A stretch of DNA of 64,000 nt, taken from positions 21,142,001 to 21,206,000 of the forward strand of contig NC_047016.1 in assembly GCF_902652985.1 (NCBI RefSeq), written 5' to 3'. The notes below the pieces were generated by a model. The model was not told where the DNA came from. It searched no databases and worked only from the letters and a program-made list of their open reading frames with translations. Shown here piece after piece: positions 40,086 through 54,188 of this stretch (positions are counted from its first letter, which is position 1; each line of letters starts with the position of its first letter). This DNA comes from Pecten maximus (Eukaryota). The position numbers and the translations under genes were made by a program.

Positions 40086-40737
40086 AACACAGAAGGCATT
40101 TACACTAAACTCTAACAGATGATTGGACAAGAAAGTCCCAAACATGTCCAAAAATACATGAATAAATCATTTCGAATTAAATCCATAATGTCCTTGTTAG
40201 ACCCCATATAAACAACTATGCCAAAAATTAGGAGAATAATATATACTCTGACTGAACTGTTGAACTCTGAAGTAACTTTTACCAAAACTTCAACTGGACG
40301 GACCATAATATGCCTGTCGAATCTAGATATAAGGTACACGAAGCGGTAGGTTTATGGTCCTAATGAGTTTTCGTATCGATATTACAAATTGTAAATAGCG
40401 CTTCGATATATTTTATGATGTAATGATGATGTTTAATATTTATCTTTCATCGCGGTTATTATATTAATTATAAGTATGCAGAATATAAATATAATTGATA
40501 AATACACAACCAAGATGAAACTATTCTCGAGTTGAGGGAATGTCACTTGAAGAACTTGTGTCTGTATAGGTAAGCTATTCAACAACAAACATCTGTATCA
40601 TATAGTAAGTATAAATTTATCTAGATAATAAAACAACAGTTATAGTATTTCTTTACCACGAAATCGGAATCAGATGCTGAAAAAAAAACTCTAAAATTAG
40701 GACAGCAAGGAAAGATATTTTCATCTTATAAATATGT

Positions 40738-41384
40738 AAATAGGTACTCTCACCAAGACACATCTCGGTGATTAAATAGGTACTCTCACCAAGACACGTC
40801 TCGGTGATTAAATAGGTACTCTCACCAAGACACGTCTCGGTGATTAAATAGGTACTCTCACCAAGACACGTCTCGGTGATTAAATAGGTACTCTCACCAA
40901 GACACGTCTCGGTGATTAAATAGGTACTCTCACCAAGACACGTCTCGGTGATTAAATAGTACTCTCACCAAGACACGTCTCGGTGATTAAATAGGTACTC
41001 TCACCAAGACACGTCTCGGTGATTAAATAGGTACTCTCACCAAGACACGTCTCGGTGATTAAATAGGTACTCTCACCAAGACACATCTCGGTGATTAAAT
41101 AGGTACTCTCACCAAGACACGTCTCGGTGATTAAATAGGTACTCTCACCAAGACACGTCTCGGTGATTAAATAGGTACTCTCACCAAGACACGTCTCGGT
41201 GATTAAATAGGTACTCTCACCAAGACACGTCTCGGTGATTAAATAGGTACTCTCACCAAGATACATCTCGGTGATTAAATAGGTACTCTCACCAAGACAC
41301 ATCTCGGTGATTAAATAGGTACTCTCACCAAGACACATCTCGGTGATTAAATAGGTACTCTCACCAAGACACATCTCGGTGATT
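40738..41384. repeat. 36-bp palindrome-containing tandem repeat (AAATAGGTACTCTCACCAAGACACGTCTCGGTGATT), 18 copies, no spacers
   Basis: Nearly identical copies with a G/A polymorphism at CACGT/CACAT and one 1-bp deletion. The unit folds as TCACC-A-AGAC-AC-GTCT-C-GGTGA. Confidence 0.97.
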
Positions 41385-44300
41385 TGTATCTGGGCTTTCT
41401 TATCTTGAACTTAAGTTGTATTCCTTTCATTCGACCCGAAAGAGAATTTAACGACACCAAATATATAGATTTTATTTATTGGAATAGACTTTATTTGAGA
41501 TTGTCTATCATATATATATCGAATGTTTGCATAATTGGTAAATAATACCGAGATGAAACTGTGTGTCTCTGCAATAAATTTAATGTTACAAGATATAGCT
41601 TAACAATACTAGAATTAAATTACTGAAGTCATGCCATGCGAATATGTATTGTAAAATGTCTTTGATTCAGATATATGTAGATTCACAAAAATGCTCTCGT
41701 GTATGGGTTTGTACGAGGTAATACCAATAAAGCACAATCCATAGGGATAACGTAATAATGAACTAAACGTCGTGTATGATTGGTAGGACCTCAGTACTCC
41801 CCTATAAAAAATCTTCGATTCCATCACACTGTCTCGACTTAATTTCGGGACCGTCTGAATATTTCTCATCAAGATTCAAATAAAATTTATATTTAGTTTT
41901 AAATAAGCAATCACGCTTACCAACTGTTCACCTCGGATTCCTAAATGGTTAATATGATACCTAAATTAACATATTAGTCTAAACACATATCTACTTATCA
42001 TAAAGAAATGTCTGTCGTGTTCTTCACTAATTGGCTGTCAGGATCACATTAGTGAATGTCTCATACCGTTTTAACGCAGATTATTAGCTAATTGGTCTGA
42101 GTGAACGATAATCGGCGTCTTCCTATTAAATGCTATAATTATGCTTATATTTCGATAGGCAACTTGACTGACCGTTATCATCAAATAACTTTTACTTCAG
42201 ACTTAAATAAACACCCTGTCTGATTTATAGTATTTTAAATTGTTTTAAATTCTGTGTCAATAGAAACCAGCTATCCTTTTAAGATTTCTACGATAGCCTA
42301 ATACATGTAAAATTAGAGAATTTCATGAGTGGTTGTCACACCATATTTGTGTGAGATGACCTTTGTGTAATGACTTTATGCTAGTGAATCATATATGCAT
42401 GGTAAACCAGATCACCCGGTCTTGTTTGACTGGGAGATAAGCGTTTAAACTTATTTGGATCCCGATTTCCTTGTAATTATACTCTATATGCGTATGTGTG
42501 TTCCTGTTTCAACTTCTTATCTGTCATATTGAATATCTTCAAATTCTTGCATTTTGTCTTTAGATGTTAAGATTCAAACGTCAAGTAAAAGTAAAACAAA
42601 ATAGAGAAGAAAGCAATACACTGTTTAGGAGAAGACATATTGTAACTAGGAAACTTGACATACCAATCTACGAATGCTGCCTTTTAGATACGTGGCGATA
42701 AAAAAGATATTCCCAATTTTGTATATCAAAGCAGAATCGTAAGCAAACTAAAAGAATCAAACATCAGAATCCTGATCGAAATATTTATCGAGACATATAA
42801 CCCAGAAACATTCATTGACCTAGATTATGATTTGTAAACGTTTTCGGTTAATTAAATATTTAAAAAAAAAAATACATAAAAAAAGCTATAAAACAAATAC
42901 AGAACAGAATAATAAATCTTAATATGAATAAACTTATCTCGAATGTTGTATTTTGTTATTTAGCCGATACATCATTTCCCAATCCCATAATAGTCAAGAG
43001 ATAAGTTAAAACATGATGTCAACATCATTGCATTAACAAGCATCTTGTCAGCAACGAATGCATTTCAATCAAGTTCATGGAGTATAAACTGATATTAAGC
43101 CGAATACAACACATCATGTACCTTTGCAACCCCCTTGAGGCTAGATGTGTCACGAGTACCCGTCAATATACCGGTTCATAAATTTGTACTGGCGCTCATG
43201 ACAATACCAGCAAATTTATCTTTTCAAAATTTCTAATAATCGTAGTTATATCCATTACGCGATATTGGACTCAATACCCCCATCACTGTTGTTCCAAGTT
43301 AAGATTCATTTTCCTTGATAGTGTCCCTGGCCATTATTACAATTGCTCTTTCACCGGTGCTAGTTAATTTTTAATTGACCAATAAATGGCATTTATAGAA
43401 ATCAAAAGAAAATCGCTGTAGCAGTGAGCTAGAACTTAATGAGTACGATGTGTCAACTGCACCCAGTACGCTTCGTCTCCCATTCTACAATAAAAGGAAA
43501 TTGAAATATCGCACGGATGAGTGGATAGCTTTCATAATCAGTTTACCTTTGATAGCGAAACGGTGAAAATTTTATGATTCGCGTACACACGTCGACCGGG
43601 TATTTATGGATGCATTGAAGCATTTAAAAGTTTATCTGAAACAGCGTTTAGGTATAACGAGCTAATAGAAACTATCGACAGTACATCTTAATATCTAATA
43701 ACGCTATATAGAGTTTACCTGCTGACAGTATGCCCTATGTAACACGTTTTACACGAATTCCCAACAGGTAGCCTATTTCCTGACTAGAAATTTAGATGCG
43801 AAAGATAATTTTAGGGATGATGGGATTACAACAAGATTATCCCGTGATCAATTATACCCAGGTAAGTCAGGTCATTAATGTCCACTATCATGGTCGAGTA
43901 AGTCAGCATGGATCAATTATTGTTGGTAAGTCGGTTCAGTAATATTCCCTATACATTGATTTAAGCGTTAATGTTGGCGAGATAGATTCATTTACGGCGA
44001 TAATGAGTACTGATCGACAGGGGACCCCAGTCCTCATTGACACTACCAGATAAATAGACATTTGTATATGATCCCAATATCTACACAATACTACCACTGA
44101 TGTACCTCTGAAAAATTCATGTACATTTCTATAGCAGCGGAATAACTCACCGACAACAAAATATTCACACCACTCTAGTTTATAAATCAGAAACTTTGTG
44201 TTCTTAAATCTCGTAAATATCTTATTATTGGTCAGGAGATTATTGATATGTGTTTCGGACGTTGTGTCCGTAACACATAAGAAAAAGAATTTTGCGAAAA

Positions 44301-44904
44301 CGTGAAATTATTGTATTTTTATGTCATGATGTATAGTCCTGTGTACCTATTCAAACAAGTGACACTATCAGAAATATAACGAAGTGTGATGCAATTACAA
44401 GACGCCATTTGATTTTGTGTTAAGTCATATTTACATGTTTATATGCCTATTATATGTTTGTAACACTTTGATTATACAGATGAGGGTGGGTGTTGGGAAG
44501 TCACACTGTACATTGATTGATTGCTCACTCCATCTTCAGTAAATATGACTAATTTCATCCTGATGCAAAAGAAAATATGAATATAAATGTGTTTTATTTC
44601 GATATATATACATATATGATAATTATGTTAATACATTTTGTATCTATAAACACGAATAAATAACTCTCACTTAATCCTTACGCTCTTTTAACAACGAGCA
44701 TGGTTTAGGACTAGATTATTTAGCAATGCATTCTCTAGAATACATAGATCAGTATTTTATTGCAGTTGGTGAATTGCAAAAAATAAAAGATTATTTTTTT
44801 AAAGATAATATATATTTAATTGTTTATAACTTAATTTAAATAGTGACACGGTTCAGTACACGTTCTTAATAAGCTTTATTAATACAATGTTCAAAAATGT
44901 TAAA

Positions 44905-45176
44905 GTCGTCAGTGATGCTAGGGACATCATACAGCTGTTTCGTACTTCTAGAACACGCCAGTGATTGTAGGGACATTATACAGCTGTTTCGTCCATCTAG
45001 GACTCGTCAGTGATGGTAGGGACATCATACGGTTTTTCGTCCTTTAGGACTCGTCAGTGACTGTAGGGATATCATGCAACTGTTTTGGCCTTCTAGGTCT
45101 CGTCAGTAATGCTAGGGAATCATACACCTGTTTCGTCCTTCTAGGACTCGCGCCAGTGATGCTAGGGACATCATAC
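44905..45176. repeat. 49-bp diverged tandem repeat (GACTCGTCAGTGATGCTAGGGACATCATACAGCTGTTTCGTCCTTCTAG), about 5.5 copies
   Basis: CAGTGA recurs at 44910, 44959, 45008 and onward. Confidence 0.9.
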
Positions 45177-45429
45177 AAATAAAAATGTCAGAGTGACATC
45201 ATGTCCTAAAAGACAGCATGATTTAACAAAATGCTTACAAAATTAGACACATAATTATTGTCTACATTTGATCTTATTTCGGAAATTAAGAAATAAAGAA
45301 ATGCAGTGATATAAGAGAGTATCACAAATGAAATATTTTAAACCGAACATGAAATCTATAAATCATTAATATATCCCAGTGGTTATGAAAAGTATGACAC
45401 AATTTAATATACTAGGAACAGAAAACCTA

Positions 45430-45985
45430 ATAAAGTAAAATATAATAGGTATATATATATATAGATATATATCAAAACAAGTCTGAAAAAGTGGAATATA
45501 ATAGATATATATATATAAAAAAAAACAAGTCTGAAAAATTGGAAAATAATAGGTATATATATAGATAAGCAAGTCTGAAAAAGTGGAATATAATAGGTAT
45601 ATATCAAATAAAGTCTGAAAAAGTGGAATATAAGAAGTATATATATAAAAAACAAGTCTGAAAAAGAAAGTGGAATATAATAGGTATATATAAAAAAAAA
45701 CAAGTCTGAAAAATTGGAAAAAAATAGGTATATATATAGATAAACAAGTCTGAAAAAGTGGAATATAAGAGGTATATATATAAAAGACAAGTCTGAAAAA
45801 GTAGAATATAGTAGGTATATATAAAAAAAACCAAGTCTGAAAAAGTGGAATATAATAGATATATATAAAAAACAAGTCTGAAAAATTGGAAAATAATAGG
45901 TATATATATAGATAAACAAGTCTGAAAAAGTGGAATATAAGAGGTATATATATAAAAGACAAGTCTGAAAAAGTGGAATATAAGA
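45430..45985. repeat. ~40-45-bp AT-rich tandem repeat (ACAAGTCTGAAAAAGTGGAATATAATAGGTATATATATAAAA), about 13 copies
   Basis: The AAGTCTGAAAAA core recurs, with variable (TA)n and A-run lengths. Confidence 0.92.
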
Positions 45986-46392
45986 AAATGAGCAAACGAC
46001 TATATAAAAAACGTAGTCACGAAGACATGAAGGGGAATCTATAGACGTATCACAGCAACATATATATGATAATAATCTAACCAAGTTTGTATACTAGTTC
46101 ATATTTTATATACCAACATCGTGCTTGTTTGCTAAGTTATATGCGATATGATAAAGCGGTACACGGTGTTTTCCTGTACAATTTGTTTTCCTGTGGTGCC
46201 ATTGGCATTTATTTCGGCTTTACTGTAACCTGAATCGGAAAGATTAACACCAGTTTCTGGCCCTACAGTATAGAAAAAAAATATGACGAACGTAAAATTT
46301 AAATATATAAATAGTTGCAAATCATGCCAAATATAACATAAAGAGTATTATACCTAGTAACACCTAGTACAGTAAGATGACAGTAAGAACCT

Positions 46393-49300
46393 TACACAGT
46401 GAGATGTATCTTATATACTAAGTACAGTGAGATGTATCTTATATACTAAGTACAGTGAGATGTATCTTATATACTAAGTACAGTGAGATGTATCTTATAT
46501 ACTAAGTACAGTGAGATGTATCTTATATACTAAGTACAGTGAAATCTATCTTATATACTAAGTCAAGTGAGATTGATCAAATAAACCTAACACAGTGAGG
46601 TGTAACAAATAAATATAACACAGTGAGATGTATCTAATAAATATAACACAGTGAGATGTATCTAATAAATATAACACAGTGAGATGTATCTAATAAATAT
46701 AACACAGTGAGATGTATCTAATAAATATAACATAGTGAGATGTATCTAATAAACCTTACACAGTGAGATGTATATAATAAATATAACACAGTGAGATGTA
46801 TCAAATAAACCTTACACAGTGAGATGTATCCAATAAATATAACACAGTGAGATGTATCAAATAAACCTTACACAGTGAGATGTATATAATAAATATAACA
46901 CAGTGAGATGTATCTAATAAATATAACACAGTGAGATGTATCTAATAAACCATACAAAGTGAGATGTATCAAATGAATATAACATAGTGAGATGTATCTA
47001 ATAAACCATACAAAGTGAGATGTATCAAATAAATATAACACAGTGAGATGTATCTAATAAATATAACACAGTGAGATGTATCTAATAAACCATACAAAGT
47101 GAGATGTATCAAATGAATATAACATAGTGAGATGTATCTAATAAACCATACAAAGTGAGATGTATCAAATAAATATAACACAGTGAGATGTATCTAATAA
47201 ATATAACACAGTGAGATGTATCTAATAAACCATACAAAGTGAGATGTATCAAATGAATATAACATAGTGAGATGTATCTAATAAATATAATACAGTGAGA
47301 TGTATCAAATAATATAACACAGTGAGATGTATCAAATAAACCTTACACAGTGAGATGTATCTAATAAACCTTACACAGTGAGATGTATCTAATAAACCTA
47401 ACACAGTGAGATATATCTAATAAATATAACCCAGTGGGATGTATCTAATAAACCATACAAAGTGAGATGTATCGAATAAATATAACATAGTGAGATGTAT
47501 CAAATAAATATAACACAGTGAGATGTATCTAATAAACCATACAAAGTGAGATGTATCAAATGAATATAACATAGTGAGATGTATCAAATAAATATAACAC
47601 AGTGAGATGTATCTAATAAACCATACAAAGTGAGATGTATCAAATAAATATAACACAGTGAGATGTATCTAATAAATATAACACAGTGGGATGTATCAAA
47701 TAAACCTTACACAGTGAGATGTATCTAATAAATATAACACAGTGAGATGTATCAAATAAACCTTACACAGTGAGATGTATCAAATAAACCTTACACAGTG
47801 AGATGTATCTAATAAATATAACATTGTGAGATGTATCTAATAAACCTTACACAGTGAGATGTATCAAATGAATATAACATAGTGAGATGTATCTAATAAA
47901 CCTTACACAGTGGGATGTATCAAATTAATATAACATAGTGAGATGTATCTAATAAATATAACCCAGTGGGATGTATCAAATAAATATAACACAGTGAGAT
48001 GTATCAAATAAACTCGAACAGTGAGATGTATCAAATAAACCTAACACAGTGGGATGTATCAAATTAATATAACATAGTGAGATGTATCTAATAAACCTTA
48101 CACAGTGAGATGTATCAAATAAATATAACCCAGTGAGATGTATCTAATAAACCTAACACAGTGAGATGTATCAAATTAATATAAAACAGTGAGATGTATC
48201 TAATAAACCTTACACAGTGAGATGTATCGAATAAATATAACATAGTGAGATGTATCAAATAAATATAACACAGTGAGATTTATCTAATAAACCATACAAA
48301 GTGAGATGTATCAAATGAATATAACACAGTGAGATGTATCTAATAAACCATACAAAGTGAGATGTATCAAATAAATATAACACAGTGAGATGTATCTAAT
48401 AAATATAACACAGTGGGATGTATCAAATAAACCTTACACAGTGAGATGTATCTAATAAATATAACATAGTGAGATGTATCTAATAAACCTTACACAGTGA
48501 GATGTATCTAATAAACCTTACACAGTGAGATGTATCAATTAATATAACATAGTGAGATGTATCTAATAAACCTTACACAGTGGGATGTATCAAATAAACC
48601 TTACACAGTGAGATGTATCTAATAAATATAACATTGTGAGATGTATCTAATAAACCTTACACAGTGAGATGTATCAAATTAATATAACATAGTGAGATGT
48701 ATCTAATAAACCTTACACAGTGGGATGTATCAAATTAATATAACATAGTGAGATGTATCTAATAAATATAACCCAGTGGGATGTATCAAATAAATATAAC
48801 ACAGTGAGATGTATCAAATAAACTTAACACAGTGAGATGTATCAAATAAACTCGAACAGTGAGATGTATCAAATAAACCTAACACAGTGGGATGTATCAA
48901 ATAAATATAACACAGTGAGATGTATCTAATAAACCTTACACAGTGAGATGTATCAAATAAATATAACCCAGTGAGATGTATCTAATAAACCTAACACAGT
49001 GAGATGTATCTAATAAACCTAACACAGTGAGATGTATCTAATAAACCTTACACAGTGAGATGTATCGAATAAATATAACACAGTGAGATGTATCTAATAA
49101 ACTTAACACTGTGAGATGTATCTAATAAATATAACACAGTGAGATGTATCTAATAAATATAACACAGTGAGATGTATCAAATAAACTCGAACAGTGAGAT
49201 GTATCTAATAAACCTAACACAGTGAGATGTATCTAATAAATATAACCCAGTGGGATGTATCTAATAACTATAACACAGTGAAATGTATCAAATAAATATA

Positions 49301-50340
49301 AAACAGTGAGATGTATCAAATAAACCTTAAACAGTGAGATGTATCAAATAAACCTTACACAGTGAGATGTATCTAATAAATATAACATTGTGAGATGTAT
49401 CTAATAAACCTAACACAGTGAGATGTATCAAATAAACCTTACACAGTGAGATGTATCAAATAAATATAACATAGTGAGATGTATCTAATAAACCTTACAC
49501 AGTGAGATTTATCTCATAAATATAACCCAGTGGGATGTATCTAATAAATATAACATAGTGAGATGTATCAAATAAATATAACATAGTGAGATGTATCAAA
49601 TAAACCTAACACACTGGGATGTATCAAATAAATACAAAACAGTGAGATGTATCAAATAAACCTTACACAGTGAGATGTATCTAATAAATATAACCCAGTG
49701 GGATGTATCAAATAAATACAAAACAGTGAGATGTATCAAATAAACCTTACACAGTGAGATGTATCAAATAAATATAACACAGTGAGATGTATCTAATAAA
49801 TATAACACAGTGAGATGTATCAAATAAACCTTACACAGTGAGATGTATCTAATAAACCATAAAAAGTGAGATGTATCAAATAAATATAAGACAGTGAGAT
49901 GTATCTAATAAATATAACCCAGTGGGATGTATCAAATAAATACAAAACAGTGAGATGTATCAAATAAACCTTACACAGTAAGATGTATCAAATAAATATA
50001 ACACAGTGAGATGTATCTAATAAATATAATACAGTGAGATGTATCAAATAAATATAACATAGTGAGATGTATCAAATAAACCTTACACAGTGGGATGTAT
50101 CAAATAAACCTTACACAGTGAGATGTATCAAATAAACCTTACACAGTGAGATGTATCAAATAAAATCAAAACAGTGAGATGTATATAATAAATATAACAC
50201 AGTGAGATGTTTCAACTAAACTCGAACAGTGAGATGTATCAAATAAACTTAACACAGCGAGATGTATCAAATAAACTTAACACAGTGAGGCGTATTAAAT
50301 AAACCTTACACAATGAGAGGTATTTGATAAATATAACACA
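46393..50340. repeat. 28-bp satellite (ACACAGTGAGATGTATCWAATAAAYMTW), about 140 copies; the first ~6 copies are a distinct ...ATCTTATATACTAAGT variant
   Basis: Read directly. Confidence 0.97.
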
Positions 50341-51989
50341 TAGGGTATTATGTAAAGAAAAAAGTGAAATCGATGAAAATAAATAAGAAACGTTTGGTTA
50401 TATGATAATAAACCTTGATAGGTGAAATATATGACAATAAACAAACTAAATGAAAAGTGAAGAAAAGTATACAGCAGTGGAATCATTTAAAACAAATACA
50501 CTGGGTTGGTATATTGTTTTCATATTGTTTGTAGAATTTCTGTCTACTCACTGTCGATGTTAATTCTCCTTCCTCTATTTAAGGATTTTGACAATTTGTA
50601 TGCATCCTCTATTGATCTTCATGTATATTTTTCATCATTGCAGATAACATTGAAGTGACCTGTGATTTTTTTCGGATTTCGGATGAAGTAATATAAACAT
50701 GAACCATCCCTTGGACTGTGGTATTCAATAATATCACTAATTCTAAAAGGAGCAAGTTGAAACATATGTTTTCACACAGAACTATCAGAAAGAAGGTCAT
50801 AATATGCATGTGAAAATGAACAATACCATAATATCAAGAGTTCAGAAAGGGGAACCGTCTTTTGCTTGACAGACGACACCCTCCATGTCTATCTGCCAAC
50901 CTCGGGTAATGCGGCGTTATCAAAATGAAAATATAGCATAAACACATGTAATATTTTACGAAATGTAGTTACACTGACGACGATAATATGCCGACATGTT
51001 TTCATTTTTTACACGAGACGCATTCTATCCGATGTTACTAGAACATATAGAGAGCGTTCGTCTTTCCTGGAAAAGAAAAGTAACAACTGAATTAATAGAA
51101 CAGTTAATATTAACAAAAACAACAACCGAATTAAAAGATGAGTAAATATTAACAGAAAAAAACGACAACACCACAAACAGCAACTACAACAAAAACACAA
51201 AAACAACATATAAATGATTTCCATCTTTGAGGAAATTAGTCTCGTGCGTAAGTGATACTATGGTAATATCATCTAAAAATCGTCATTTCATTTTCAAAGA
51301 AGAAAACAATAATAATTGCAATAACATCCGTTCCAGTCTATAACTGGATCATAAGCATAAACCATATGTATGCTTTAGCGCAGAAGGAAATAGATACTCT
51401 AACTTTGGAAACAAAACGAAACACAAAACAAAACAAAACCATGCCATTAGATTACTGTATTCAGGTAAATAATACAAATCAATATATAAGTACGTGGTGT
51501 TTTGGTTCAACCTTTTACAGGCAACAGGGAAACATGAAAAATAAATCGATTTCGGTTTCGAGTTTCTGAATATATTATGAGCTTATTTATTGTAAATGTC
51601 GTACAATGTATTCATGCGGCCAGGCATTATTTATATTTTTGGATTGTTCATTTTGTACTGAAAGTCACATATAATCGCATTTTATACATATCAATTGCCT
51701 TGAAATAAAATAGAAAGAGGCATGTTGAACCTGAAAGTCATGTGACTTGAATACCTAACATGTTTCTTGTCAATGTAATGCGTAGCGTCAGGAGATTTAT
51801 ATCGCCACCCAGCTATCAAATTGCGGTATTTGTATATATGTCGCCAACCCACCCATCCAGGAAAAGGATTCGACTTTTGAACTTCTGTTTCAACTGTACT
51901 CAGGTATGTAATTATGCTCCAATATTGTTTTCTATAGTAAAACCGTCCAGCCATCCGGCTTACTGTCACACACCGTGTCTAAACATACG

Positions 51990-52080
51990 GCGTTTAATCG
52001 ACACCTGTCGTAGGGATCCGCCCCCTCGCTGTGATTGGCTGATCAGTACAGGAGTTAAATGCAGTTATATTAATATACTA
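51990..52080 (+). promoter_or_regulatory. Putative proximal promoter of the BarH-like gene
   Basis: E-box CACCTG (52002-52007), GC box CCGCCCCC (52018-52025), inverted CCAAT TGATTGGCT (52032-52040) and AT-rich TATA-like TTATATTAATATA (~52065-52077), about 300 bp upstream of the ATG. Confidence 0.5.
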
Positions 52081-52351
52081 ATGCATTGTGTGTGGTGAGA
52101 TAGTTGTAAGGTGTCTGCTAATGTGTTTATACAACGGGTTATGATAGGTAATCGAGTCCTTCTACTCATCGAAATAGACATATGAAAGGATACACACATG
52201 CAACAGAATTGATACTTATAACAACAAATTATATTGCTTGGTATCACGTCTTGGACAACAGGTAGGACGTCTAAGCACCTACTTGTTTCGCGTTTTAAAA
52301 CATCTTTTTCAAGAAATTATCAGATCGGGAGCCTTTCCTGAGGAATCAGTA

Positions 52352-52685
52352 ATGAAAAATATGAGTGAAGAACGAGATTATTCTGACAGTGAGGAGGACG
52401 TCAATATTGACGATGACGAGGAAAGTGTTACACACAACACCTCCCATTCCATACAGACAATGCTCACTGGAGGTGGATGTCGCGATTGTGGTTCATCTTC
52501 TGATGTTATTCCAGCCAAGACGCCACAACGACCATCTTTCCTCATCACAGACATTCTCTCAGATTCACGTTATAACAAAGACAATTGTCAGGGATTATCT
52601 GGTATCATTAGTCCTAGTGACCAACGAGTGCCGTCAGTTAGTAGTGATTCTGTCTACAGTGGCTCCTTAGATTCACCACAAGAAG
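52352..52685 (+). CDS. BarH: BarH-like homeobox gene, coding exon 1 (acidic N-terminus; eh1/FIL motif SFLITDILS)
   Basis: First in-frame ATG at 52352 (alternative 52361). FLITDIL is at 52538-52558. Phase-1 donor G|GTATGT at 52685/52686 joins in frame to exon 2. Confidence 0.88.
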
Positions 52686-52916
52686 GTATGTAAATCATCA
52701 CCAGTTATATCTTATACTGATTTCTACTTATATGGATAGTTGGACAGTATGGCAAACGGATAAAATGATACTTTCAAACTTTCTAAAATATACGAAAACA
52801 CATTGTAGAATATATAGTAAATAATATAACTATATTTTAAATAATACGATTGTTTTGGGTTTTTTTTATTATTTTTTTTTTTCTTTTATATGTATATATA
52901 TATTAGGCATTGATGA

Positions 52917-53234
<318 letters not shown>

Positions 53235-53968
53235 TAGCGTCTCTTCGGTTTTATTTGTGTTCTGTGAGAATATATGTAACATGTAAAATCATTAACGCTG
53301 TATATGACGTATTCAAGTCCTGTAATGATCTTAGTTTTACCGTTATCGATAAATATCAATAATGATAATTTCATGCCGATTTCTAATGAAAATCAATATT
53401 CTCTTTCACACCATCAGTTATTAGGCTCGTGTCAACCTTTTTCTCGTTGTTTATGATAAATAAATTGCTGTCATCAATTATTACTATGGAGCCATTTTGT
53501 GCCTGAGAATGCTATCGATCATGAATATTGAATATACGACAGCACACCAGTCACTCGAAAATCCAAATAATTATTCACCGAACCTATTTCAAGCCACGTG
53601 CACAATCATATCAGGTATTCAGCTATAACATAGAAAGGGATATGATTATGTCGAAAGTAAATTATATATTAGTAGAACTACGTTTAGTCATCGAAACAGC
53701 TTTTTAAAGCTATTGTGATGCTGCAAATGCCGTATATTAATTTGGAACTTTAGGACGATTGGAAGGCGTGAGAGATATACGAGATCTTTAAAGATAGAGC
53801 AAGGCGTCTCGTGACAGTGCTGGTGATAATGTCATTGTTTGGAATTGAATAATGATACAAAACTTTGTCATTCCATTTGTATATCAATGATGTATAATGG
53901 GATGAGATGTACAATATAATAAAAACAAAACAAACAGGAAATGAAAAAAAAAGGTTCCTTTTTTTCAG

Positions 53969-54188
53969 AACTAAATGGAAGCGACAGACTGCTGTTGGAT
54001 TAGAACTTTTGGCGGAGGCCGGGAATTTCGCTAGTGTACAAAGGATGATGGTGACGAACCCCTATTGGTCAGGGTATGGCGAACCTGCCTCTTCGTTTCT
54101 CCCTAATGGACTTTATCTACAACATACGAACCATTTATCGCCGCCTGTACTGCCAACGAGGCCGCTTATGCCTCCTGTTTTTCTTTAG
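53969..54188 (+). CDS. BarH: BarH-like homeobox gene, coding exon 3 (end of homeodomain, [12 protein letters not shown] motif, Pro-rich tail)
   Basis: Acceptor CTTTTTTTCAG ends at 53968. Splicing restores [22 protein letters not shown], the conserved Barhl/BarH signature. Total CDS is 334+220+220 = 774 nt, or 257 aa plus TAG. Confidence 0.96.

Noticed and set aside
40738-41384. CRISPR-like 36-bp palindromic repeats
   Set aside because: Units are head-to-tail with no unique spacers, no cas genes are present, and the context is eukaryotic.
45366-47656. F/I/Y-rich membrane-protein-like ORFs
   Set aside because: Translations of the AT-rich ~42-bp and 28-bp tandem repeats.
50835-50895. Short stretch reminiscent of a mollusc interspersed-repeat end (also ~25840-25880)
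   Set aside because: Too short and diverged to support from memory; needs RepeatMasker.
52238-52351. N-terminal extension of BarH exon 1 in the ORF track
   Set aside because: It starts at TTG, a prokaryotic-style call. The first in-frame ATG is 52352.
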